Shown one piece after another: positions 18,033 through 26,504 of a stretch of 64,000 nucleotides of DNA. The translations under genes and the position numbers were made by a program. This stretch comes from Oligoflexia bacterium (GTDB lineage Bacteria; Bdellovibrionota; UBA1018), in assembly GCA_963758495.1 (NCBI GenBank), contig CAVWVI010000004.1, forward strand, positions 704,001-768,000, in the 5' to 3' direction. The notes beneath the pieces are model-generated. The model was not told the origin of the DNA, did not search any database, and saw nothing but the letters and a program-made list of their open reading frames with translations. Position 1 is the first letter of the stretch. Each line of letters opens with the position of its first letter.

Positions 18033-19184
18033 CTAATAAAGATCATATTTAAGCAGCCTGCATTCAATGGGACCATTAAACAATACTGATCGTCGAGTGG
18101 CCTTCAACCCAATTGATTTGGATAACTCAGGACTTCCTGTAAAAATATACCCTTCCCACCCTTTAAACTTCTGTTTCATTAAATCTCCCAGGCCTTTGTG
18201 AAGGGGGATCAGCTCCTCTATTTCTCCTAGTCTTTCGCCATAAGGAGGATTCACAACTAAAATTCCAGTCTTTGCAATAGGCTCACATTGAGTCATTTCT
18301 CGCTTTTCAAAATGAACCTTTCCATGAAGTCCCGCTTTTTCTAAATGAGTTAATGCGACCCGAATTGCCCGAAAATCTTGATCATATCCTACAATTTTTG
18401 GGAATTTTTTCTTATCCTGAACGCGAAGGTCTTTCGCTTCTTGAAGGAGTCGTTTCCAAAGAGTTGGAATATGCCCTTGCCATCCTAAAAATCCATAATA
18501 TTCCCGATTCAGACCTGGGGCAATATGACCTGCCATCATCGCAGCCTCTATGGGTAATGTGCCAGATCCACACATAGGATCGATAAACGCTGCACCCTCT
18601 TCACGAGGCCAACCCGCAAGTTTTAAAATTGCAGCCGCTAAGTTCTCTTTCAGGGGTGCGTTTGTACCCTCTGTGCGATATCCTCGGCGGTGCAAACTCT
18701 CACCAGACAAATCAATACTCACAGTTGCTTCGTCTTTGAAAAGATAAAGATTGATTCTGATACTGGGGCGCAATGGATCAATCGACGGCCGAGCCCCCTG
18801 CAGAGTTCGAAATTGATCTACAATCGCATCCTTGACCTTCAAAGCTCCAAAATGCGTGTGGGTCATTTTCGATTGAGAACTTGAAAAGTCCACAGCAAAA
18901 GTTTCATTGAGTGTTAAATGATCTGTCCAATGAATCGCCCTAATTCCACCATAAAGACTATCGGGATCAGGAGCTGAAAATGTCTTTAAAGGCAGCAATA
19001 TGCGATTTGCAATTCTCGACCATAGACAAGCTCGATATCCAACCTCCAGAGAACCCTGAAATGCTACTCCTGCTCGAATTTCTTGAACTTTTTCTGCCCC
19101 CATCTCAGTCAGCTCTTCTAAAAGGAGCTTCTCCATCCCCTTTGCCGTGGTTGCGAAAAAATCATACTTCTGTAGTGCCATCAT
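18033..19184 (-). CDS. rlmL: THUMP-domain 23S rRNA methyltransferase (RlmL-like)
   Basis: CLWSRIANRILL, SGESLHRRGYR, APLKENLAAA, DPMCGSGT, NPPYGERLG. Confidence 0.9.
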   Translation of the reverse strand: MMALQKYDFFATTAKGMEKLLLEELTEMGAEKVQEIRAGVAFQGSLEVGYRACLWSRIANRILLPLKTFSAPDPDSLYGGIRAIHWTDHLTLNETFAVDFSSSQSKMTHTHFGALKVKDAIVDQFRTLQGARPSIDPLRPSIRINLYLFKDEATVSIDLSGESLHRRGYRTEGTNAPLKENLAAAILKLAGWPREEGAAFIDPMCGSGTLPIEAAMMAGHIAPGLNREYYGFLGWQGHIPTLWKRLLQEAKDLRVQDKKKFPKIVGYDQDFRAIRVALTHLEKAGLHGKVHFEKREMTQCEPIAKTGILVVNPPYGERLGEIEELIPLHKGLGDLMKQKFKGWEGYIFTGSPELSKSIGLKATRRSVLFNGPIECRLLKYDLY

Positions 19185-19200
19185 TACGGTCTAGCAGACT

Positions 19201-19273
19201 TATCAGCATTCAGGCAACAGGCGTCAGGCTACAGCCTTGAATCCGATTCTGAGCTGTAGCCTGAAGGCTGATA
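19201..19273. repeat. Intergenic REP-like inverted repeat
   Basis: TCAGGCTACAGC...GCTGTAGCCTGA, with outer TATCAGC...GCTGATA. Confidence 0.6.
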
Positions 19274-19283
19274 CCTGACATAT

Positions 19284-20021
19284 TTACTCTTCTAATCCAG
19301 GTGAAAGAGTGGTCCGAAAACAACGCATATCAAATGCCTCGGTTGCCTCCGAAAACCGACCCGATATCATCAATGACGCAGGGATAGAGGCACTATCACT
19401 TGTCGGCTGCTTGATGCCTAATCGAATGACTTTACTCCCGCTCTGCCCTCCGTATGTCCACTCATTCGATTGCCCAGTGAAATACGCATGACTCACAAAA
19501 GCCACGGGGGAAAATGCACGGTCCTTTACGCTTTGAACGTTTATTTTATAGCTACCCGAAGCTCCGTCCACAGATTCATACCAAATACGAGCAATCAATT
19601 TAGGATTTGCCTCTTTGGAGTTTTTACAAAACCAACCCAAATCCCTCACCAGAGAAACTGTTCTGATATCTCTAAGTTCGTAAAGATTTGGCGCAGCGGC
19701 TTCTACTCGTCCCTCGACTTTAATAATAGAACCCAGTCTCAACGTGACCCCTTCAAGTTCAACAGATTCGGGTGCTAATAAACTTCCAAAGTTAAAGTTA
19801 TCTCTTAAAAGATATCGAGATTGTCCGCTCATAATCACTATGGACCAATAACTCTCCGACCGCTGGCATGGCGCACCATCACACAATATCTCTCCTACTC
19901 TCGTAAATCGACGTTCAAATCTCACTTGTCCAGTGACTACTGAAAGATCATCTGCTGCAAACGAACTTTGAACTAGGATTGCGAACAAGAACATAAATGA
20001 CGAAATTAAACGAATTAACAT
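19284..20021 (-). CDS. Hypothetical exported protein
   Basis: GAGGGG SD, signal peptide ending SFA, Cys pairs. Confidence 0.75.
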   Translation of the reverse strand: MLIRLISSFMFLFAILVQSSFAADDLSVVTGQVRFERRFTRVGEILCDGAPCQRSESYWSIVIMSGQSRYLLRDNFNFGSLLAPESVELEGVTLRLGSIIKVEGRVEAAAPNLYELRDIRTVSLVRDLGWFCKNSKEANPKLIARIWYESVDGASGSYKINVQSVKDRAFSPVAFVSHAYFTGQSNEWTYGGQSGSKVIRLGIKQPTSDSASIPASLMISGRFSEATEAFDMRCFRTTLSPGLEE

Positions 20022-20063
20022 AAAGTTCCCCTCTGCATTAGGTTTGAATGCACGGGAAACAAT

Positions 20064-20080
20064 AGCAATACATATGCCGA
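20064..20080 (-). promoter_or_regulatory. Putative sigma-54 (-24/-12) promoter for 19284-20021
   Basis: Minus strand TCGGCATATGTATTGCT matches GG-N10-GC. Confidence 0.55.
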
Positions 20081-20083
20081 CAG

Positions 20084-20587
20084 TTAAATTAGAATCTCGT
20101 TAAGAATTGCTTGGACATGACCCGTTACTTTAACTTTTGAATAAATATTTAAAATTTTTCCTGAAGGAGAAATAATAAAAGTAGTACGTTCAATTCCCAT
20201 ATACTTTCGACCATACATACTTTTTTCTTTCCAAACACCGTAAGCTTCACATGCCTTCCCATCTACATCTGCCAAAAGTGGAAAGGGCAATGAATTCTTT
20301 ATTTTAAATTTCTGGTGGCTATCTACTGAGTCTTTGCTCACTCCAAGAATAACAACGCCCCGTTTCTTGAATTTTTGAAATGCATCCCGAAAATCGCATG
20401 ATTCTTGAGTACATCCAGAAGTCATGTCTTTAGGATAAAAATAAAGAATTACCGTTTGTCCTTTAAAGTCTTTAAGTGACACTTTGACACTAGTATCAGA
20501 TTCTAAAGTGAATGCTGGTGCACGATCGCCAATCTGAATCATTTTTTTCGCATCGCTCATAAGAACTCTTTCCGTCATACTAAACAA
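20084..20587 (-). CDS. bcp: Peroxiredoxin Bcp/PrxQ
   Basis: YFYPKDMTSGCTQESCDFRD, YGVWKEKSMYGRKYMGIERTTF. Confidence 0.95.
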   Translation of the reverse strand: MFSMTERVLMSDAKKMIQIGDRAPAFTLESDTSVKVSLKDFKGQTVILYFYPKDMTSGCTQESCDFRDAFQKFKKRGVVILGVSKDSVDSHQKFKIKNSLPFPLLADVDGKACEAYGVWKEKSMYGRKYMGIERTTFIISPSGKILNIYSKVKVTGHVQAILNEILI

Positions 20588-20590
20588 ACT

Positions 20591-21907
20591 TTATTGTACT
20601 GAATCTGCGAAACCTACCCAAGCCTTAAGGTAGCGCCCCTCTGGAAACTCCACTAACATGGGATGATCTGGAGACTGAGCTCCATGCCCCACCCACTTGA
20701 CTTGGACGCGATTTCTCGCTGCGGCTTTCGCGAGGACCTGCGTAAAAGATTCTTCGGCAAGTAATGCGGAGCAAGAACAACACACAACGCCGCCCCCCTT
20801 TTTCACAATACGAAAAACTTGGGAAGCCAACTGCAGGTACGCATGAGTACCTGCCGGAATATCTTTACGATTTTTAATCAATGCAGGGGGATCAGAAATC
20901 ACGATATCAAAAGAATGATCCTCCACCTCAACTAAACTTTTCAACACATCTGCTTTCCAAGTCACGCATTTCGCACCTTGGGCTTCAACATTTCGACGAG
21001 CAAATTCGAGCGCTTGGGCCGATGCATCTAATGCAGTTACTTCTACTTGAATACCTAAATCTTTGAAAAGCCTTGAAAATTGAGTCCCCCATTGTCCTAC
21101 GTAACTGCACAGATCAAGAATTCGAACCCGAGTAGACGAAAAATGGTTCAGACCCTGTTTCAGACGGAGAGCGGCGATTTGAATATTCGCAAATTGATCC
21201 AGAAAAAATCCTGTTTTTTGCCCTCTGAGTAAATCGACTTGAAATGGGATGGGCTTCCCCCCTAAGACGGGATGAATCAAAATAGTAGAATCTTGTAATT
21301 TTAGCCCGGTCACTTCTTTGAGGATACGGGGCTCTTCTTCTAAAAGTCCTTCCAACTTTCTCACACTGAGATCATTTCTCAGTACAATCGAAGTTTGACT
21401 CCACTTTGGAGCGCCTGGAGTGCTTTTGACATAGAGTTCTAAAATCGCCTCTATATGAGGAAGCAGACGATCGGCACCTGCCGTATGTGCCTGCACCACA
21501 AATACTTGCCCTGATTCAGTCAGATACCGATCGATCACTAATCCCGGAAGACCATCCGCCTCACCAAAACACAATCGATGACTAACGTCGCCTAAGCCTA
21601 CCCGAGAGCGCAGTTGACCGGCTCTCTGTAAAATCTTAATCATGTTATCCACTTCGAGTGGAGATCGCTCTTCTGGATTCCTACTCACCGCTCGAAAAGA
21701 AATCAAAGATTGAGGATTGCCGTACCCTCTCGCCAGAAACTTTCCACCTGCATCCTGGAGCTCCACCCAAGCCCCAGGCTCGATGCCTTTTGGACTCTCT
21801 GCCAATTCATTCGAATAAACCCATGGATGTCCGGCGCGAAAACGCCGATCCATTCCGCGCCGTAAACGCCAGACCGTCCAAGATTCCATAGATGATGCCA
21901 TGAACAT
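20591..21907 (-). CDS. PUA-domain class I SAM-dependent rRNA methyltransferase (RlmI-like)
   Basis: GHPWVYSNE, EADGLPGLVIDRY, GQKTGFFLDQ, DPPAL, PEGRYLK. Confidence 0.9.
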   Translation of the reverse strand: MFMASSMESWTVWRLRRGMDRRFRAGHPWVYSNELAESPKGIEPGAWVELQDAGGKFLARGYGNPQSLISFRAVSRNPEERSPLEVDNMIKILQRAGQLRSRVGLGDVSHRLCFGEADGLPGLVIDRYLTESGQVFVVQAHTAGADRLLPHIEAILELYVKSTPGAPKWSQTSIVLRNDLSVRKLEGLLEEEPRILKEVTGLKLQDSTILIHPVLGGKPIPFQVDLLRGQKTGFFLDQFANIQIAALRLKQGLNHFSSTRVRILDLCSYVGQWGTQFSRLFKDLGIQVEVTALDASAQALEFARRNVEAQGAKCVTWKADVLKSLVEVEDHSFDIVISDPPALIKNRKDIPAGTHAYLQLASQVFRIVKKGGGVVCCSCSALLAEESFTQVLAKAAARNRVQVKWVGHGAQSPDHPMLVEFPEGRYLKAWVGFADSVQ

Positions 21908-21946
21908 AGCTTTACCGCGATTGAGTGGTTAAGGTAAACACCGAAT

Positions 21947-23443
21947 ATGGCCCCTACATTAAATTGGCGAGAACTAGAATATCATATAAACCAACTCAGA
22001 CCCGAGCTAGAGGGACTTTTTGTAGACCGAATTCTAGTACCGGAACGAAACACCTTTCCGGCTGGATATCTGAAGGGTGAATGGGCGTTCCGACTTACAG
22101 GACGCAAAGGAGCTTGCACACTCATCATCAGTATTCGGGCTCGACATCCCTATATCTATTTATTAAATGGAAAGGGCCCCAAGGCCGCCGCTCAAGCAAC
22201 TCGATCCCCTTTTGATCTTCATTTATCCAAACATTTGGATGGGGCAAAACTACTGAAGTGCCAAACCCTGACTCGTGACAGAACTGCGATCTTTTGGTTC
22301 TCAGAAGAGGGAAATCCTAAAAACCGACTGGGACTCGTCCTCGCGCTCATTCCTGCAGCACCCGAAGCATTCTTGGTATCATGCCCAAATGATGAAACTT
22401 TAGAATGGCCCATTCTTGCGCGAAGCCGTACCATTCGAAATGAGAACCAGCAGGAAACCACTTACCGCCTCCCTGATCATTCACAAGCGCCTCTCGACCC
22501 TCCTCTTCGCGAAGAGTTATTTCAAAATCTTTACTCTTTTACTGAAGTGATAGAAAAAGAACTCAAAGCTGAATCCTTTACTCTTAGAAGTCAGATTGCC
22601 GAAAAATCTCTCAAGCAACTTTATAAACAAGCACACGACCGCTTCAAACAAAGCGACTCTACACTTCGAGAAGCTCATCGTGAAGAGAACTGGCAAAGAC
22701 TCGGGGACTTGCTTAAAGGGACCCTAGGGGATCCCTCTTCTAATATTATAAATAACATACGACATGTGACTGATTATACCCAGGACGAGATCGTTGCGAT
22801 TACTTGTGATCCAAAACTCACTCTAAAAGAACAAATTGAAAAATTTTATCAAAATGCAAAACGAAAACAGAGAAGAATTTTAGAAGCTACCGCACGCGCG
22901 GAGCAATTTAAAAAAATCAGTACACGTATTCAATCCGCGCTCGATGAAAAACTCGCCCCCGATGATTGGCAAAGACTGATTGCATTAGAAGCTCTAGCAG
23001 GAATTCAGCATCAGCAATCGCTTTCAACATCTAAGGAAAAACCCTCCAAAAAAAAAGCGGTCGCATGGCTTGGCAAATCGTTTACCTCTCGTGAGGGTCT
23101 TATGATTTACGTCGGACGCAGCAAGGACGAAAACCTCGAACTGACCTTTAAACACGCTCGAGGCAACGATCTCTGGATGCATGTTCGAGGACGACCCGGT
23201 GCTCACATCGTCATTCCAGTACAACCTGGAAAATCTGTCTCTCTTGAAACGCTGTTAGATGCCGCAAATCTGACGATCTATTATAGTGGCGGAGAACGCT
23301 GGGGAAAAACAGAAATTGATTATACATTTAAGAAATTTGTAAAAAAAATCAAAGACTCCTCAGAAGTCAGCTACACGCATAATAAGACTCTCTTCGTAGA
23401 GCCCGATCGTGCTCGATTGAGTCGGCTTTTAGGACAGGATTAA
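21947..23443 (+). CDS. NFACT family ribosome quality control protein (RqcH/FbpA-like)
   Basis: FYQNAKRK coiled coil; VGRSKDENLELT...NDLWMHVRGRPGAHIV...IDYT. Confidence 0.85.
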   Translation: MAPTLNWRELEYHINQLRPELEGLFVDRILVPERNTFPAGYLKGEWAFRLTGRKGACTLIISIRARHPYIYLLNGKGPKAAAQATRSPFDLHLSKHLDGAKLLKCQTLTRDRTAIFWFSEEGNPKNRLGLVLALIPAAPEAFLVSCPNDETLEWPILARSRTIRNENQQETTYRLPDHSQAPLDPPLREELFQNLYSFTEVIEKELKAESFTLRSQIAEKSLKQLYKQAHDRFKQSDSTLREAHREENWQRLGDLLKGTLGDPSSNIINNIRHVTDYTQDEIVAITCDPKLTLKEQIEKFYQNAKRKQRRILEATARAEQFKKISTRIQSALDEKLAPDDWQRLIALEALAGIQHQQSLSTSKEKPSKKKAVAWLGKSFTSREGLMIYVGRSKDENLELTFKHARGNDLWMHVRGRPGAHIVIPVQPGKSVSLETLLDAANLTIYYSGGERWGKTEIDYTFKKFVKKIKDSSEVSYTHNKTLFVEPDRARLSRLLGQD

Positions 23444-23655
23444 GAGAAAGCCTCAATGTGGAGTTCAATGAGAGATTTTGGTAAGTTCGCTACAAGTCTG
23501 GGATCGAAGTATATTAATATAAGTATTGGGAGTCAAATCAAAGACTTCCCCAGCCGTTCGCAATTAAAATAAGTAAAAGCGAGGAGTTAGGCCTCATAAA
23601 AGCAATCTAAACTTATTAAATTTAAATACAAAGAGTAAATCAACTCAAATTCGTC

Positions 23656-23684
23656 TTGTCCGTAGGTCATTTACATCGTATTCT
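23656..23684 (+). promoter_or_regulatory. Sigma-70-like promoter, probably leaderless
   Basis: TTGTCC-N17-TATTCT, 6 nt before ATG 23691; GTAGGT/ACCTAC inverted pair overlaps it. Confidence 0.55.
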
Positions 23685-23690
23685 ACCTAC

Positions 23691-24857
23691 ATGCAAGACA
23701 GAATTCTTAAATCCAGACTCGTCCACACTAAAAAAAGCATCCTACTTTTAGGCCCCAGACAGGTTGGAAAATCGACTTTATGTAGAGAACTCAAGCCTAG
23801 AAAAAGTATTAATCTCGCTGACGAAACTCTCTTCATTCGATACTCAAAAGATCCTGATCTACTTCAAAGAGAAATTTTAGCACTCCCCAAGCCATCCTTA
23901 ATTTTTGTCGACGAAATTCAAAGAATCCCCTCTCTTTTAAATACCATTCAAGTTCTGATTGACGATCATTCAGGTGCACATAAATTTCTACTCACAGGCT
24001 CCAGCGCAAGAAAATTAAAACGAGGCGAAGCAAATTTACTGCCTGGTCGAATCATATTAGAATATTTGGATCCACTCACTGTCTATGAGTTAAAGAACAC
24101 CTTTGATCTCAATCGCGCACTGCAAGTAGGAATGCTCCCTGAAATTTTTCTAGATCGCGAAGAAGGGATCGACATTCTCAGCACTTACACGGAAGTCTAT
24201 CTCAAGGAAGAAATTCAAGCAGAAGCTCTCATTAAAAATATCGGACAATATGCTAGGTTTCTCGATGTTGCTGCAATTTTAAGTGGGCAATGGCTCAATT
24301 ATTCAAAGGTAAGCTCAGAAACAGAAATTCCAAAAGAGACGATTCGAAGATTTTTTTCTATTCTTGAAGAAACTCTCCTCATCTTTAGAATCCCTGGGTT
24401 CACCCCAAAAATAAAAATCAGTCGCCGGGTAACTCAAAAAGATAAATTTCTCTTCTTTGACCTAGGTGTTCGAAACTCCTTATTGGGATTGCACCGTCAC
24501 CCGATCACGCAGGATCAAATTGGAAGCTTATTCGAACAATGGTTCATCTTACAAATCATTTATCTCAATCGGGCATTCAAAAAAGGCTGGACACTTTCTT
24601 CCTATCGAACAGAAGGCGGTGCAGAAGTAGATCTCGTCATTGAGCGAGACGAAGATCTGATTGGTTTAGAAATCAAATCTGGAATCAATGTTGGCAAAGG
24701 CGACTTAAAAGGACTGCAATCCTTACAAGAAACCATCAAAAATTATAAACCTTTCAAAAAGTGGATTGCCTATCGGGGAAAAACCTCTCAAGTTTTTGAC
24801 GATGGTACACAAGTATTCCCTTATATCGATCTATTAGAAAAATTAAGAAAAAGCTGA
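23691..24857 (+). CDS. AAA+ ATPase with DUF4143/PD-(D/E)XK-like C-terminus
   Basis: GPRQVGKST, FVDEIQ, LTGSSARKL, FFDLGV, GAEVDLV...LEIK. Confidence 0.9.
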   Translation: MQDRILKSRLVHTKKSILLLGPRQVGKSTLCRELKPRKSINLADETLFIRYSKDPDLLQREILALPKPSLIFVDEIQRIPSLLNTIQVLIDDHSGAHKFLLTGSSARKLKRGEANLLPGRIILEYLDPLTVYELKNTFDLNRALQVGMLPEIFLDREEGIDILSTYTEVYLKEEIQAEALIKNIGQYARFLDVAAILSGQWLNYSKVSSETEIPKETIRRFFSILEETLLIFRIPGFTPKIKISRRVTQKDKFLFFDLGVRNSLLGLHRHPITQDQIGSLFEQWFILQIIYLNRAFKKGWTLSSYRTEGGAEVDLVIERDEDLIGLEIKSGINVGKGDLKGLQSLQETIKNYKPFKKWIAYRGKTSQVFDDGTQVFPYIDLLEKLRKS

Positions 24858-24873
24858 ACCCTTTGCGTGAAAA

Positions 24874-26322
24874 TCACTTCACGAAATTCTTAACCACATA
24901 CTCCAAGGCCTGTTCCTTGGAAGTTAGTTTTTTTTCCAACGCAAGATCCTCGACGCAATGTAGAATCTCAGAGAATTCTGGCCCTGGTGAAAATCCCAGT
25001 TGAATCAGATCTTGACCATCAATGAGTTTGTGAGAGCCCGCTTGAGGTAAACTCTTAAGCGCCTGGAATCGAACTGAGCAAAACTCATAATAAGCCAGAT
25101 TACCATCGGATGCGACTGCGTCGGCCTTATGAAAGGACAATAACTCTTCAAAATGCTCTTCACGAATAAATCGCTGAAGAGTGGATTCCCTCATTTGAAA
25201 GACATCTCTAAATTTAAGATGATCAGCAACCATGATAGCAATTCGTTCAGAATCCGTTCGAGACATTTTAAGCCGTTGAGTCATTCGACTAGCCGCTTTA
25301 GCACTTTCAATTTCATGCCCGTTAAAGTTTTTTCCATCATTGAGTTTAGCCGCGATAGGCTTACCTACTTCATGAAGAACCGCAGCCCAGGAAAGTGCAG
25401 GAGAACGAATTTGACTTTGTTTTGCTAAGTGCTCTAGCATTTTCAAAAGATGTGTCCACACATCTTCATTAGGCTGATAGGAAGGAATTTGTGCTACCCC
25501 TTTGAGAGCTTCCACTTCTGGTAAAATATAATTCAATAATCCCAAATCAGAAAGAAGTCGCAAAGACTCTTTTGGATGAGGTCCCATCCACATTAAGGTG
25601 AGTTCATCACGAACCCGCTCTGCGCTTACTTTCGTAATGAGACGTGCTCGTGATCGAATAGCGTCTGCAGTATCGGAGTCCAATTGAAATCCTAATCTGG
25701 TTTTAAATCGGATCGCACGGAGAAGTCTCAACGCATCTTCCTTAAACCGTTCTTTCGGTTGACCAATTGCTCGAATGACGCCCTTTTTAAGATCTTCAAC
25801 CCCCCCTGTTAAATCTAAAATCCTCAGAGTTTTAGGGTCATAAAATAACGCATTGATAGTGAAATCACGCCGTTGTGCATCCTGGAGAGGCCCTGCAAAA
25901 ATAACATTTTTAGGATGCCGATGATTTTCATACTCCAAGTCTTGTCGAAACGTCGCAATTTCTAAAAGTTGTGAGTTAACGCCAGTAGGCACTTTTAAAA
26001 CCCCAAAGGCTTTCCCTACAGTTAAAGCATTAGGAAATAGCAAACACAGCTCGTCAGGACTCGCACTGGTTGCAAGGTCATGATCTTTGGATTCCTTACC
26101 CAAAAGAAAATCTCTCACACTTCCACCTACGACATAGACAATATGACCTGCCTCATCCAATTTCTGAAGAGCTTCTTTCACATAAGCAGGTAATGGATAG
26201 GGACGATCAATCCGTATCCACTTCGAGAGACTGTCCGTTGAGTTCGTATTTACTTTTGATAATGGTTTCTGCGTTAAATCGGTTAGGGGCTTTCGTGCCT
26301 TCAGCGTCTTTTTCACGTGCAA
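24874..26322 (-). CDS. cca: CCA-adding/poly(A) polymerase family tRNA nucleotidyltransferase with HD-like domain (start uncertain)
   Basis: VGGSVRD, DHDLAT, EIATFR, DAQRRDFTINAL, RFKEDALRLLRAIRF. Confidence 0.9.
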   Translation of the reverse strand: MHVKKTLKARKPLTDLTQKPLSKVNTNSTDSLSKWIRIDRPYPLPAYVKEALQKLDEAGHIVYVVGGSVRDFLLGKESKDHDLATSASPDELCLLFPNALTVGKAFGVLKVPTGVNSQLLEIATFRQDLEYENHRHPKNVIFAGPLQDAQRRDFTINALFYDPKTLRILDLTGGVEDLKKGVIRAIGQPKERFKEDALRLLRAIRFKTRLGFQLDSDTADAIRSRARLITKVSAERVRDELTLMWMGPHPKESLRLLSDLGLLNYILPEVEALKGVAQIPSYQPNEDVWTHLLKMLEHLAKQSQIRSPALSWAAVLHEVGKPIAAKLNDGKNFNGHEIESAKAASRMTQRLKMSRTDSERIAIMVADHLKFRDVFQMRESTLQRFIREEHFEELLSFHKADAVASDGNLAYYEFCSVRFQALKSLPQAGSHKLIDGQDLIQLGFSPGPEFSEILHCVEDLALEKKLTSKEQALEYVVKNFVK

Positions 26323-26497
26323 TCTTGCCTTTCGACTTTTTATGTTGGCCTACAGGACGGTCTGTACTCGAAGGCGCCACCAGAACAGATGACGGAACAG
26401 ATGGCGGAGCCGGTGTCAACTGAGGTTGAGGTCTTTCAGCCTCGACTGCCCAACTTACATGACTCATTAAAATAGCAGCACAAATACAAATCATCAT
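26207..26497 (-). CDS. Small hypothetical exported protein
   Basis: Signal peptide ending SWA; starts 7 nt after the ftsK stop. Confidence 0.6.
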   Translation of the reverse strand: MMICICAAILMSHVSWAVEAERPQPQLTPAPPSVPSSVLVAPSSTDRPVGQHKKSKGKIAREKDAEGTKAPNRFNAETIIKSKYELNGQSLEVDTD

Positions 26498-26504
26498 CTC
26501 GTCT

